Both the position numbers and the translations under genes were made by a program. The notes under the pieces are model-generated. The model worked only from the letters and a program-made list of their open reading frames with translations, was not told the origin of the DNA and searched no databases. Source: Fidelibacterota bacterium (GTDB taxonomy: Bacteria > Fidelibacterota > Marinisomatia > Marinisomatales > Marinisomataceae). From it: DNA of 64,000 nt. Shown here in pieces: positions 54,664-63,686 of the stretch. The stretch is from the NCBI GenBank assembly GCA_045560295.1, contig JBJKZL010000004.1, positions 196,566-260,565 on the forward strand, in the 5' to 3' direction. Position 1 is the first letter of the stretch; every line of letters begins with the position of its first letter.

Positions 54664-55752
54664 TTGCCTTCTCAATTTAATATTGACAAAGATATATCTA
54701 AAGCTGAAACACTTCCATCATCTTTTTATAAGAGCCAAGATGTTTTTGATGAAGTAAAAGAAAATATTTTTTTAAAATCCTGGCAATGGCTTGGAGATAA
54801 TTCCAATCTTAAATTAACTAATTCTATTTATCCACTTACATTGTTAGATGGATTTTTAACAGAACCTATATTACTTACTAGAGATAAAGAGGGCGATATT
54901 AATTGTATGACAAATGTCTGTACTCATAGAGGGCATATTGTAGCCTTAGGGCCTGGAAAATCGAAAACTCTTACATGTGCTTATCATGGGAGATCATTTG
55001 ACCTAAATGGAAACTTTAGATCTATGCCAGAATTTAAAGAAGCACAAGATTTCCCAAGAGACTGTGATAACTTACATAAATTTCCACTTGGAGAATGGGG
55101 GCCATTTCTTTTTGCAGGATTGAATCCAGCATTTGACTTTAAAGAAATCCTTAAACCAATTAATGAAAGAATAGGATTTTTGCCATTAGATGAATTTTCA
55201 TTTGATGGAAGTATGTCAAAGGACTATCTCGTACAGGCTCATTGGGCTCTATACTGTGATAACTATTTAGAAGGTTTCCATATTCCATTTGTACATGAAG
55301 GATTAAACAAAGTATTAGACTATGGAAGCTATTCAACAGAGTTACATAAATATTCCAGCTTACAAATTGGATATTCTGATGATTCAAATGAAACATTTAA
55401 TCTACCAAAAGGGCATATAGATTACGGCAAGCAAGTTGCTGCATACTATTATTGGGTTTTCCCTAACATGATGTTCAATTTTTATCCATGGGGTTTATCT
55501 GTAAATATTGTTAAACCAATTAGTATTAATCGTACAAAAGTGTCATTCCTAACATATATCTATGACCATAGTAAGCTACACAAAGGCGCTGGGAATGATA
55601 TCGATAAAGTTGAAAGAGAAGATGAATTCATAGTAGAAAATGAAAGTAAAGGTATCCAATCTTCATTTTATAAAGCAGGTAGATTCTCTCCAACAAGAGA
55701 GCAGGGTGTTCATCATTTTCAAAGATTAATTGCTCAATTCTTAGATATGTAA
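54664..55752 (+). CDS. Rieske [2Fe-2S] non-heme-iron oxygenase, alpha-subunit type (choline-monooxygenase-like)
   Basis: Rieske CTHRGH...CAYHG and the mononuclear iron motif DNYLEGFHIPFVH. TTG start. Confidence 0.7.
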   Translation: MPSQFNIDKDISKAETLPSSFYKSQDVFDEVKENIFLKSWQWLGDNSNLKLTNSIYPLTLLDGFLTEPILLTRDKEGDINCMTNVCTHRGHIVALGPGKSKTLTCAYHGRSFDLNGNFRSMPEFKEAQDFPRDCDNLHKFPLGEWGPFLFAGLNPAFDFKEILKPINERIGFLPLDEFSFDGSMSKDYLVQAHWALYCDNYLEGFHIPFVHEGLNKVLDYGSYSTELHKYSSLQIGYSDDSNETFNLPKGHIDYGKQVAAYYYWVFPNMMFNFYPWGLSVNIVKPISINRTKVSFLTYIYDHSKLHKGAGNDIDKVEREDEFIVENESKGIQSSFYKAGRFSPTREQGVHHFQRLIAQFLDM

Positions 55753-55761
55753 CTAAAAATG

Positions 55762-55833
55762 CTGGGATGGATGGATTCGAACCACCATCTTCGACATTAA
55801 CAGTGTCGTGCCTTGCCATTAGACCACATCCCA
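55762..55833 (-). tRNA. tRNA-Asn (GTT)
   Basis: Reverse complement TGGGATGTGGTCTAATGGCAAGGCACGACACTGTTAATGTCGAAGATGGTGGTTCGAATCCATCCATCCCAG. Anticodon loop is CTGTTAA. No CCA. Confidence 0.9.
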
Positions 55834-56014
55834 ATAAAAGAAAGTTAATTTTTTTGTTTTGATTTTTGATTAAAGAGCGGGAGATGAATGTTCTGAATTT
55901 AAAGGTATAATATAGTATAACATCTAACTGTTTGAACTAATCAAGGATTTCCCCCGCCCTAACTAACTCATATTGACATATCAAATATAAGGTGCTTTTT
56001 TCTAAAAAAACAAT

Positions 56015-56040
56015 AAAAAACCGACTGGTCGGTTTATTTA
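56015..56040. terminator. Bidirectional hairpin terminator downstream of tRNA-Glu
   Basis: AAAAAACCGA-CTGG-TCGGTTTATTTATT. On the minus strand the stem is followed by TTTTATTGTTTTTTT, about 45 nt after tRNA-Glu. Confidence 0.6.
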
Positions 56041-56085
56041 TTATTCTTATGAGAGTAATTTATGTTTTGAGGGGGCAAAAAGGTG

Positions 56086-56157
56086 TAGCCCGTAGGGGGA
56101 TCGAACCCCTGTTGCATGGATGAAAACCATGAGTCCTAACCACTAGACGAACGGGCC
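56086..56157 (-). tRNA. tRNA-Glu (TTC)
   Basis: Reverse complement GGCCCGTTCGTCTAGTGGTTAGGACTCATGGTTTTCATCCATGCAACAGGGGTTCGATCCCCCTACGGGCTA. Anticodon loop is TTTTCAT. No CCA. Confidence 0.9.
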
Positions 56158-56209
56158 AAAAATGTAGCAAAATATAGAGCTAAGATACTATTTTTACAAT
56201 AGTCTTTCT

Positions 56210-56515
56210 TTATACATCTAAAGCATCTAAGAGTTGACCACTTTGGTGCATCTCTACTGCAATATCACAACCACCCAATAATTTTCCTTGAACAAAGAGT
56301 TGAGGAAAAGTAGGCCATCCTGACAATTCTGACAACGCCGTTTTCATTTCAGGATCTTCTAAGATATTTACATCTTTAAAATCAACGCCATAATGATTTA
56401 ATAAATTGACTGTTGTTTTAGAAAAACCGCATACCGGCATATCTTTCGTTCCCTTAAGAAAAAGGACAATTGAGTTTTCATCTATAATTTTTTTGAATTC
56501 TTCTTTAAAGTTCAT
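56210..56515 (-). CDS. grxD: Monothiol glutaredoxin (Grx4 family)
   Basis: CGFS active site, WPTFPQLFV.G...GG.D. Confidence 0.9.
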   Translation of the reverse strand: MNFKEEFKKIIDENSIVLFLKGTKDMPVCGFSKTTVNLLNHYGVDFKDVNILEDPEMKTALSELSGWPTFPQLFVQGKLLGGCDIAVEMHQSGQLLDALDV

Positions 56516-56563
56516 AGTTTAATTTATTAATTAAATTTTAAAATTAAAGAGGTAAAAAATAAA

Positions 56564-57334
56564 ATGAGAATATTTTCTTGGAATGTAAATGGTGTAAGAG
56601 CAATTGAGAAAAAAGGATTCTTAGATTGGGTAGATGCAACAGCTCCCGATATCCTGTGCATACAAGAAACTAAAGCTCACTTTGAACAACTCCCTGATTC
56701 ATTACAGAGTGTAGATGGATATCATGGATATTGGCATTCTGGAGAAAGAAAAGGATATAGCGGTGTAGCAACATTTTCAAAACAAGAACCCCTTCATGTA
56801 CAGTATGGTCTTGGTATTGAAAAATATGATAGGGAAGGACGTGTATTAATTACCGAATTTGAAAATTTTCTTTTATATAATATTTACTTTCCTAATGGAC
56901 AAAAAGACGAACATCGTTTGAAATATAAATTAGATTTTTATGATGATTTATTAGAAATTTTAAATGATCAAGTAGCATCAGGAGTTAATGTATTAGTGGG
57001 TGGAGATTGGAACACAGCTCATCAAGAAATTGATTTAGCAAATCCAAAAGCAAATAAGAATAACTCTGGCTTTATGCCAATAGAAAGAGCTCAGGTTGAT
57101 ACTTATATTGAAAATGGATATGTGGATACTTTTAGATTATTTCATGATGAACCCGAGCGATATTCTTGGTGGACATATAGATTTGGTGCTCGTCAACGAA
57201 ATATTGGATGGAGAATAGATGGTTTTTTCACAAATGAAGATTTTGTTGAAAATATTTCAGACGCAGATATACATGAAGATGTTATGGGTTCAGATCATTG
57301 TCCTGTATCTATAGAATTAATTGATAATTTCTAG
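56564..57334 (+). CDS. xth: Exodeoxyribonuclease III (AP endonuclease)
   Basis: MRIFSWNVNG, LCIQETK, GDWN, GSDHCPV. Confidence 0.9.
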   Translation: MRIFSWNVNGVRAIEKKGFLDWVDATAPDILCIQETKAHFEQLPDSLQSVDGYHGYWHSGERKGYSGVATFSKQEPLHVQYGLGIEKYDREGRVLITEFENFLLYNIYFPNGQKDEHRLKYKLDFYDDLLEILNDQVASGVNVLVGGDWNTAHQEIDLANPKANKNNSGFMPIERAQVDTYIENGYVDTFRLFHDEPERYSWWTYRFGARQRNIGWRIDGFFTNEDFVENISDADIHEDVMGSDHCPVSIELIDNF

Positions 57335-58066
57335 TATTGAAAAATATAAACTAGATGTATGTCCAACTCTTTCACCATCTAGACTATCGGGAAACTGAAA
57401 GACGGTTGAGTTTTTAATAACTCGATCATATGGATCAAAATCATATTTCTTAAATTGTGAATCAAACTCTTTTAAATTTCTCCATTGTACATGCTTGTTA
57501 GTAAAGCCATTATCAAATTCATTATCAAGACTGTCAATTGTTTCGGAGCACTTTTTATTAAATATTGATTCATACATCCTTACAAAGAAAGGTGTTTTTT
57601 CACGTTCATAATTCACAGGAGTAGCTACAGTATTAAATGTAACTTTACTATTATACTCAAAAGATTGATTAGTAAACATAACTACGCTACCACCCATACT
57701 ATGACCAACAATTTGCCAATCGTCTACTTCGGGATATTGAATTATTAGAGACTCTAGTTCTCTTGAAAATTCTTTAGCCATCTTACTTGGACATTCATTC
57801 CAGTCATATTTGTAAAAGAAGGTTTTTATATCTTGCTGACTTAACCAATTAAATGGTTGCACCCATTCGTGATGGATTTCAACCCAATATACAGGATAAA
57901 ATCCATGCACTCCCACAATTGCTCTTGTTTGATTATTGTCATGAATAAGATTCATGCCATCAGGAATTTTTTTGATATCTTTATATGACTTAAATTGATC
58001 TTGAGCAATTGATTTACTCAAGAAAAGTGATAAAATAATTACTATAATTAGTCTTTGATTTCTCAT
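57317..58066 (-). CDS. Secreted alpha/beta-hydrolase (lipase/esterase-like)
   Basis: Signal peptide ...SKSIA|QDQ and nucleophile elbow GHSMGG. Its 3' end overlaps the xth 3' end by 18 nt. Confidence 0.55.
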   Translation of the reverse strand: MRNQRLIIVIILSLFLSKSIAQDQFKSYKDIKKIPDGMNLIHDNNQTRAIVGVHGFYPVYWVEIHHEWVQPFNWLSQQDIKTFFYKYDWNECPSKMAKEFSRELESLIIQYPEVDDWQIVGHSMGGSVVMFTNQSFEYNSKVTFNTVATPVNYEREKTPFFVRMYESIFNKKCSETIDSLDNEFDNGFTNKHVQWRNLKEFDSQFKKYDFDPYDRVIKNSTVFQFPDSLDGERVGHTSSLYFSILEIIN

Positions 58067-58089
58067 TGTATAATATTGAAATTGCTAAA

Positions 58090-58518
58090 ATGAACACTAA
58101 GATACAATTAGTAAAAACAGAAGCAGACTATAATATCGTTCTTGATATAAGAAGAACAGTATTTATTGAGGAGCAAAATGTTCCAGAAGACTTAGAGATT
58201 GAAAATGAAGATACTTCATTTCATGTATTGGCTATGTATAGAAATGTTCCAGTTGGAACAGGTAGATGGAGAAAAACCACTAAGGGTTACAAATTAGAAC
58301 GCTTTGCAGTTTTAAAGAAATTTAGATGTAAAGGTATTGGTAGGGATATTGTAAAGTTTGTTTTGAATCAAATTCCATCAGAAGATATGATATATTTGCA
58401 TGCTCAAGAAAGTGTGATAAAATTTTATAAAGATTTAGGATTTACAATTATTGGCAGTACATTTATTGAAGCAGATATAGTTCATGCAAAAATGATTTAT
58501 AAAGAAGTACATAAGTAA
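58090..58518 (+). CDS. GNAT-family N-acetyltransferase
   Basis: RFAVLKKFRCKGIGRDIV (acetyl-CoA loop). I prefer the ATG at 58090 over the TTG at 58066. Confidence 0.7.
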   Translation: MNTKIQLVKTEADYNIVLDIRRTVFIEEQNVPEDLEIENEDTSFHVLAMYRNVPVGTGRWRKTTKGYKLERFAVLKKFRCKGIGRDIVKFVLNQIPSEDMIYLHAQESVIKFYKDLGFTIIGSTFIEADIVHAKMIYKEVHK

Positions 58519-58521
58519 AAA

Positions 58522-58818
58522 ATGGTTACAACAATCATCAATTCGCTGGTTAGCATATCACTTTTATTAAGTGGTGGTCATATAATAAGTACCAATTTAA
58601 AAGCTCACCACTATAGTAATAATGATTATAAAGAAATTTTATATTTAGAAAATAAAGAGTCAACTTCTAAGCATTGCACTATACACTCTGAAATAGAAGA
58701 TATTAAAAAAATAAAGCGAAATCGAACTAATGGTGAACAAGAAGTGGTATTCAAAGTAACTAAAAAAGAGTCTCTTAAAGAAGAGAAGAAAGAAGAAAAT
58801 ACTAATACTGAAATATAG
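58522..58818 (+). CDS. Hypothetical small protein, N-terminal TM helix plus a Lys/Glu-rich tail
   Basis: Supported only by the ORF and its tight spacing (3 nt after the GNAT gene, 10 nt before the ABC gene). Confidence 0.3.
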   Translation: MVTTIINSLVSISLLLSGGHIISTNLKAHHYSNNDYKEILYLENKESTSKHCTIHSEIEDIKKIKRNRTNGEQEVVFKVTKKESLKEEKKEENTNTEI

Positions 58819-58828
58819 TTTATAAAAA

Positions 58829-60664
58829 ATGAATCAATCTTCACATATCCGATTATTTAAGCTTATTCTTACATATTGGCCCTTATTAATTGCTTCAAGC
58901 ATAGCAGCTATTATTTTTGTCTTATTTAATAGTGCTTCTATTTGGATCACTGCAACTATGATTAATAATGTATTAATTGATTTCAATGATATGGTTGCAG
59001 AAAATGCACGATTACTAGCTTTAGATAATTTATCTGCAAATGATAGATTGAAATTATTTTCAAATGATTTACTTTTGCGTGAATCAGCAATAGATACGGT
59101 TTCAGCTGTTTGTGTTGCTTTGATAGTAGTATTTACATTTAAAAATATTGCACTATATATCAAAAATATCACTTTATCTATTATTCAGTTTAAGTTGATA
59201 AGAGATTTAAGGAATAGTCTTTATGAGCATTTTCACTATCTATCTTTATCTTATTTTAATAAAAATAAATCTGGAAGATTAACATCAGTACTTGTGAGCG
59301 ACATTGATAATATGAAAAATTCTTTATCAACTACCTTTCAAAAATTATTTGTTGAGCCAATTAATATTCTGACATTTTTAACTTTACTCTTTATTATAAG
59401 TCCCAAACTAGCAGGAATTGCATTGACAGTAGTTCCTTTGAGTGGAGTGATTATCTTTGGCATTGCACAAAGCATAAGAAGAAGAGCAGCAAGAACTCAA
59501 GAGCAATTAGCAGGAATTACTTCTGTTATTTCTGAAACTTTAAGTTCTATCAGGATTGTTAAAGCATTTGCAATGAAGGCATACGAGGTAAAACGATTTT
59601 CTAATGAAACGCATAAGTATTATAAATTAATGCTGAGAAAAGATATTTTGAGATTGGTTTCATCTCCTGTGTCAGAGATTATTGGAGCATCAATTGCAGC
59701 ATTATTATTATGGGTAGGAGCACGCGATGTTTTAGTAGCTCAATCTATCAGCTCAGAAGATTTTATAAGATTTATCTTACTTTTGTTTAGCCTGTTCGGC
59801 CCAATGAAAAATCTTAGTAATGTTTTCAATGAGTTACAAAATGGATTAGCATCAGCAGACAGGGTCTTTTCCATTTTAGATACAAAGTCTGATATTATTA
59901 ATGTTCCAGATGCTACACATGTAGATAACCTAGAAAAAGAAATTATATTTAAAGACGTGAGTTTTCATTATGGCAATAAAGATGAGCAAGTACTAAAAAA
60001 TATTAATTTTTCAATTTCATCAGGTCAAATTATTGCACTAGTTGGTCCTAGTGGTGCAGGAAAATCAACCCTAGTTGATTTAATACCAAGATTTTACGAT
60101 ACTATAAAAGGTTCTATCTTTATTGATGATAATAACATTAAAGAAATGGATATTAATTCACTCAGATCATTAATGGGTATTGTGACTCAAGAAACATTTT
60201 TATTTAATGATACTGTAAGAGCAAATATATCCTATGGCGTTGAATCGATTTCAGATGATATCATTAAGGATGCTGCAATAGCAGCAAATGCACATGAGTT
60301 TATTAAAAAATTACCTGATGGATATGAAACAATTATAGGTGAAAGAGGTGTATCATTATCTGGAGGACAACGACAGCGTATTGCTATAGCCCGTGCAATT
60401 GTTAAAAATCCACCAATTTTAATTTTAGATGAAGCAACTTCATCTCTTGACACTGAGTCAGAAAAAAAGGTACAGGAAGCAATTGAAAAATTAATGCGTA
60501 ATCGTACAGTAATTGTAATAGCTCATAGGTTATCTACAGTTCATAATGCAGATAAAATTATTGTACTAGACAGGGGAAAAATTATTGATGAGGGAAGCCA
60601 TGATGAATTAATTAATAGAGACGGCATTTATAAACAATTACACAATATGCAATTTCAAACTTAA
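58829..60664 (+). CDS. ABC exporter, fused permease/ATPase (MsbA-like)
   Basis: Six-TM domain, then GPSGAGKST, LSGGQRQRIAIARA and ILILDEATSSLD. Confidence 0.8.
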   Translation: MNQSSHIRLFKLILTYWPLLIASSIAAIIFVLFNSASIWITATMINNVLIDFNDMVAENARLLALDNLSANDRLKLFSNDLLLRESAIDTVSAVCVALIVVFTFKNIALYIKNITLSIIQFKLIRDLRNSLYEHFHYLSLSYFNKNKSGRLTSVLVSDIDNMKNSLSTTFQKLFVEPINILTFLTLLFIISPKLAGIALTVVPLSGVIIFGIAQSIRRRAARTQEQLAGITSVISETLSSIRIVKAFAMKAYEVKRFSNETHKYYKLMLRKDILRLVSSPVSEIIGASIAALLLWVGARDVLVAQSISSEDFIRFILLLFSLFGPMKNLSNVFNELQNGLASADRVFSILDTKSDIINVPDATHVDNLEKEIIFKDVSFHYGNKDEQVLKNINFSISSGQIIALVGPSGAGKSTLVDLIPRFYDTIKGSIFIDDNNIKEMDINSLRSLMGIVTQETFLFNDTVRANISYGVESISDDIIKDAAIAANAHEFIKKLPDGYETIIGERGVSLSGGQRQRIAIARAIVKNPPILILDEATSSLDTESEKKVQEAIEKLMRNRTVIVIAHRLSTVHNADKIIVLDRGKIIDEGSHDELINRDGIYKQLHNMQFQT

Positions 60665-60678
60665 ATTCAGATGTTATT

Positions 60679-61944
60679 ATGGGGAAATTAAAAGAAAATC
60701 TAGCAAAAAAAATACCTGACTGGAGATATAATTATCGACAGCTTTTGGATGAAAAAGGCGATCATGTTACTAGTAATGTAACTATAGAAAAAGCCTTTTC
60801 TGGTATGCGAGGAGTCAAAGGAATGATATGTGATACTTCATCTGTAACAGCAGATGCTGGATTGCATGTTAGAGGACACCATATACTTGATCTGGTTCAT
60901 ATCAAGCCAGAAGAAGTTTTGTATCTAATGCTCGTAGGGGAATTACCTAACAAAGAAGAGGTAATAGATCTACAACAGTGTTTACATTCAAGAAGTGAAG
61001 TTCCTCAGTATGTATGGGATATATTAAATAGCATGCCAAAAGATTCACATCCTATGACAATGTTTAATACAGCAATTTTATCCATGCAAAAAGAGAGTAA
61101 ATTTGCAAAAGCATATGATTTAGTGGTCTCAAAGAACGATTACTGGGAAAGCACCCTTACAGATGGCTTAAACATTATTGCAAAACTTCCCGCTATTGCA
61201 GCAGCAATCTATCGATTAAGATTTAATAAAGGTGAAAGATTAGAGCATGCGGGCTCTGAAGATTGGTCTGAAAGTTTTTTACAAATGATGGGATTTGAAG
61301 AATCTGAAGATATGTTAAAAATGATGCAACTCTACTTAATGTTGCATTGCGATCATGAAGGTGGAAATGTAAGTACATTTAGTGCCTTGACTGTTAATTC
61401 TGCTTTATCTGATCCTTATTATTCTTTATCGGCTGGCCTTAATGGTTTAGCTGGTCCATTACATGGACTTGCAAATCAAAATAATTTAAAATTTGTTCTA
61501 GATATTGTAGATCATTTCAAAGGCGTACCAAGTGATGATCAATTAAAAGCTTTTGCATGGGACAGACTAAATTCAGGAAAAGTAATTCCTGGATATGGTC
61601 ACGCTGTATTGCGATGCCCTGATCCAAGATTTACTGCATTTATGGGATTCGGAAAAGACCATATAAGTGATAGTGAAGTTTTTGATGTAGTTACCAAATT
61701 ATTTGATATTATTCCTGACGTATTAAAGGAACATGGAAAAGCAAAAAATCCATGGCCAAATGTTGATGCTGCATCTGGGTCTTTACTTCATTATTATGGA
61801 TTAAAAGAATTTGAATTTTATACTGTATTATTTAGTATGTCTCGATCTCTAGGTATCGTATCTCAGATTGTACTAGCTCGTGCAATGGGACTTCCACTGA
61901 CTCGACCAAAATCTTTGACTTTTGATGCCCTAAATCAATTGTAA
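60679..61944 (+). CDS. gltA: Citrate synthase
   Basis: HCDHEGGNVS, GPLHGLANQ, GYGHAVLR, NVD...G. Confidence 0.9.
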   Translation: MGKLKENLAKKIPDWRYNYRQLLDEKGDHVTSNVTIEKAFSGMRGVKGMICDTSSVTADAGLHVRGHHILDLVHIKPEEVLYLMLVGELPNKEEVIDLQQCLHSRSEVPQYVWDILNSMPKDSHPMTMFNTAILSMQKESKFAKAYDLVVSKNDYWESTLTDGLNIIAKLPAIAAAIYRLRFNKGERLEHAGSEDWSESFLQMMGFEESEDMLKMMQLYLMLHCDHEGGNVSTFSALTVNSALSDPYYSLSAGLNGLAGPLHGLANQNNLKFVLDIVDHFKGVPSDDQLKAFAWDRLNSGKVIPGYGHAVLRCPDPRFTAFMGFGKDHISDSEVFDVVTKLFDIIPDVLKEHGKAKNPWPNVDAASGSLLHYYGLKEFEFYTVLFSMSRSLGIVSQIVLARAMGLPLTRPKSLTFDALNQL

Positions 61945-61950
61945 GGATTT

Positions 61951-62586
61951 ATGATCAAACAAGATAAAGTTAATTTCATAATTGACAAGCTCGATGCAAT
62001 CTATCCTGAGGTATCTGCTCCTTTAAATCATTCAAGTAATTATACCTTACTCATTGCAGTTCTTCTATCAGCAAATTCAACAGATAAGTCAGTAAATAAA
62101 GTAACCCCAACGCTTTTTGCAAAAGCTAATACTCCAGAAAAAATGATTACTTTAGACTATGAAACCATCTACAGTATTATAAAACCCTGTGGCTTAGGTC
62201 CAGCCAAATCAAAGGCAATCTTAGGACTATCTCAAATGTTAGTTGATGAGTACAGTGGAATAGTGCCTAACGATTTTGAAGCACTAGAATCATTTCCGGG
62301 TGTAGGACATAAAACAGCTTCCGTTGTAATGTCGCAAGCATTTGGAGTTCCAGCATTTGCAGTAGATACCCATGTACATCGATTAATTTATCGATGGGGT
62401 CTCTCTTCCGGTAGAAGCGTTAAACAAACAGAAAGAGATGCCAAACGTTTGTTTCCTAAAGAAAAATGGAGTAAACTTCATCTTCAGATTGTATTTTATG
62501 GTAGGGATTATTGTCCTGCAAAGAATTTCAATCCAAATGAATGTCCAATTACTTCAGTAGTTGGAAGAAGATCTTTATTTAGATAA
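61951..62586 (+). CDS. nth: Endonuclease III-family DNA glycosylase/lyase lacking the canonical Fe-S cysteine quartet
   Basis: HhH-GPD motif FPGVGHKTASVVM (Lys present) and VDTHVHRL (Asp present). The C-terminus YGRDYCPAKNFNPNECPITSVVG has only two Cys. Confidence 0.75.
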   Translation: MIKQDKVNFIIDKLDAIYPEVSAPLNHSSNYTLLIAVLLSANSTDKSVNKVTPTLFAKANTPEKMITLDYETIYSIIKPCGLGPAKSKAILGLSQMLVDEYSGIVPNDFEALESFPGVGHKTASVVMSQAFGVPAFAVDTHVHRLIYRWGLSSGRSVKQTERDAKRLFPKEKWSKLHLQIVFYGRDYCPAKNFNPNECPITSVVGRRSLFR

Positions 62587-62599
62587 ATTACTTATTCAA

Positions 62600-63025
62600 A
62601 TGAAAAAAAATAAAAACATATATTTAACAAAAATATTTACTTTTGCAGCAGCGCACAAGTATGGAAATGCTAAGTGGTCAGATGAAAAGAACTTAGAAGT
62701 GTTTGGAAAAGATGTCAGAGTACATGGCCATAATTATACATTACATGTTACTGTTACAGGAGATGTAAATCCTGATACAGGATTCTTGGTAGACTTAGGT
62801 CATCTAAAGGCCATCGTAAAAAAACATATTGTATCGGTATTAGATCACTCGCAATTTGAAAAAGATGTCCCTTGGTTTAAAGATAAGCAACCGTCTACAG
62901 AAAATTTAGTTGTTTTTATCTGGGATACTATATCAGCACATTTAGAAGGATGTTCATTGCATCATATACGAATAGTAGAAACACCAACAATCTACACAGA
63001 CTATTATGGGGGTAATAGTGAATGA
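62600..63025 (+). CDS. queD: 6-carboxy-5,6,7,8-tetrahydropterin synthase
   Basis: FTFAAAHKY ... RVHGHNYTLHVTV ... DHS. I prefer the ATG at 62600. Confidence 0.8.
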   Translation: MKKNKNIYLTKIFTFAAAHKYGNAKWSDEKNLEVFGKDVRVHGHNYTLHVTVTGDVNPDTGFLVDLGHLKAIVKKHIVSVLDHSQFEKDVPWFKDKQPSTENLVVFIWDTISAHLEGCSLHHIRIVETPTIYTDYYGGNSE

Positions 63026-63686
63026 TTTTCAAGAAAGATTTTACTTAATTTTAACAGGGATATTCATTGCATCTCTTGTAGCATGTAATCTAATTTTTCA
63101 AAAGTTTTTTACATGGAATTTTCTAGGAATAAACTTTGAGCTTTCTGTTGGAATTATTGCATACCCAGTAACATTCTTAGTAACAGATTTAATTTCTGAG
63201 CTTTATGGTCAAAAGCGTGCAAATCAAGTAGTAGTTTCAGGATTTTTTGCTAGCGTTTTTACAACTATATTAGTGATGGTTGCTATGAATGCGACTGCTG
63301 TAGAATGGTCTCCAATAGATAGCGAAACATTTACAAAAGTTTTTGGTTTGACTGGCCCAGCTTTTTTTGCATCAATGGTAGCATATTTAACAGCACAGCT
63401 AATAGATGTGAGAATATTCCATTTCTGGAAACGCCTTACTAAAGGTAAGTATTTATGGCTTAGAAATAATGCATCTACCATGTTTTCTCAATTGGTAGAT
63501 ACATCAGTAATTTTGATTATTCTTTGTTCAGCTGGAGTTATTGAATGGGAGCGTTTTTATAGCTTATGGATGATGGGATGGCTCTTCAAAGTACTTGTTG
63601 CATTAATTGATACCCCAATCATTTATTTTGCGTTATGGGCATTAAAAGATAAGATTCAACCTACAAGCTATTTAGAGGAGCATTGA
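63006..63686 (+). CDS. yhhQ: Queuosine-precursor transporter (YhhQ/DUF165, VUT family)
   Basis: Six TM helices with [16 protein letters not shown] and [17 protein letters not shown]. An in-frame alternative GTG lies at 63018. Confidence 0.7.
   Translation: MGVIVNDFQERFYLILTGIFIASLVACNLIFQKFFTWNFLGINFELSVGIIAYPVTFLVTDLISELYGQKRANQVVVSGFFASVFTTILVMVAMNATAVEWSPIDSETFTKVFGLTGPAFFASMVAYLTAQLIDVRIFHFWKRLTKGKYLWLRNNASTMFSQLVDTSVILIILCSAGVIEWERFYSLWMMGWLFKVLVALIDTPIIYFALWALKDKIQPTSYLEEH

Noticed and set aside
55628-55834. 68-aa minus-strand ORF
   Set aside because: It is largely made of the tRNA-Asn gene (55762..55833) and the 3' end of the Rieske oxygenase gene in antisense. It is spurious.
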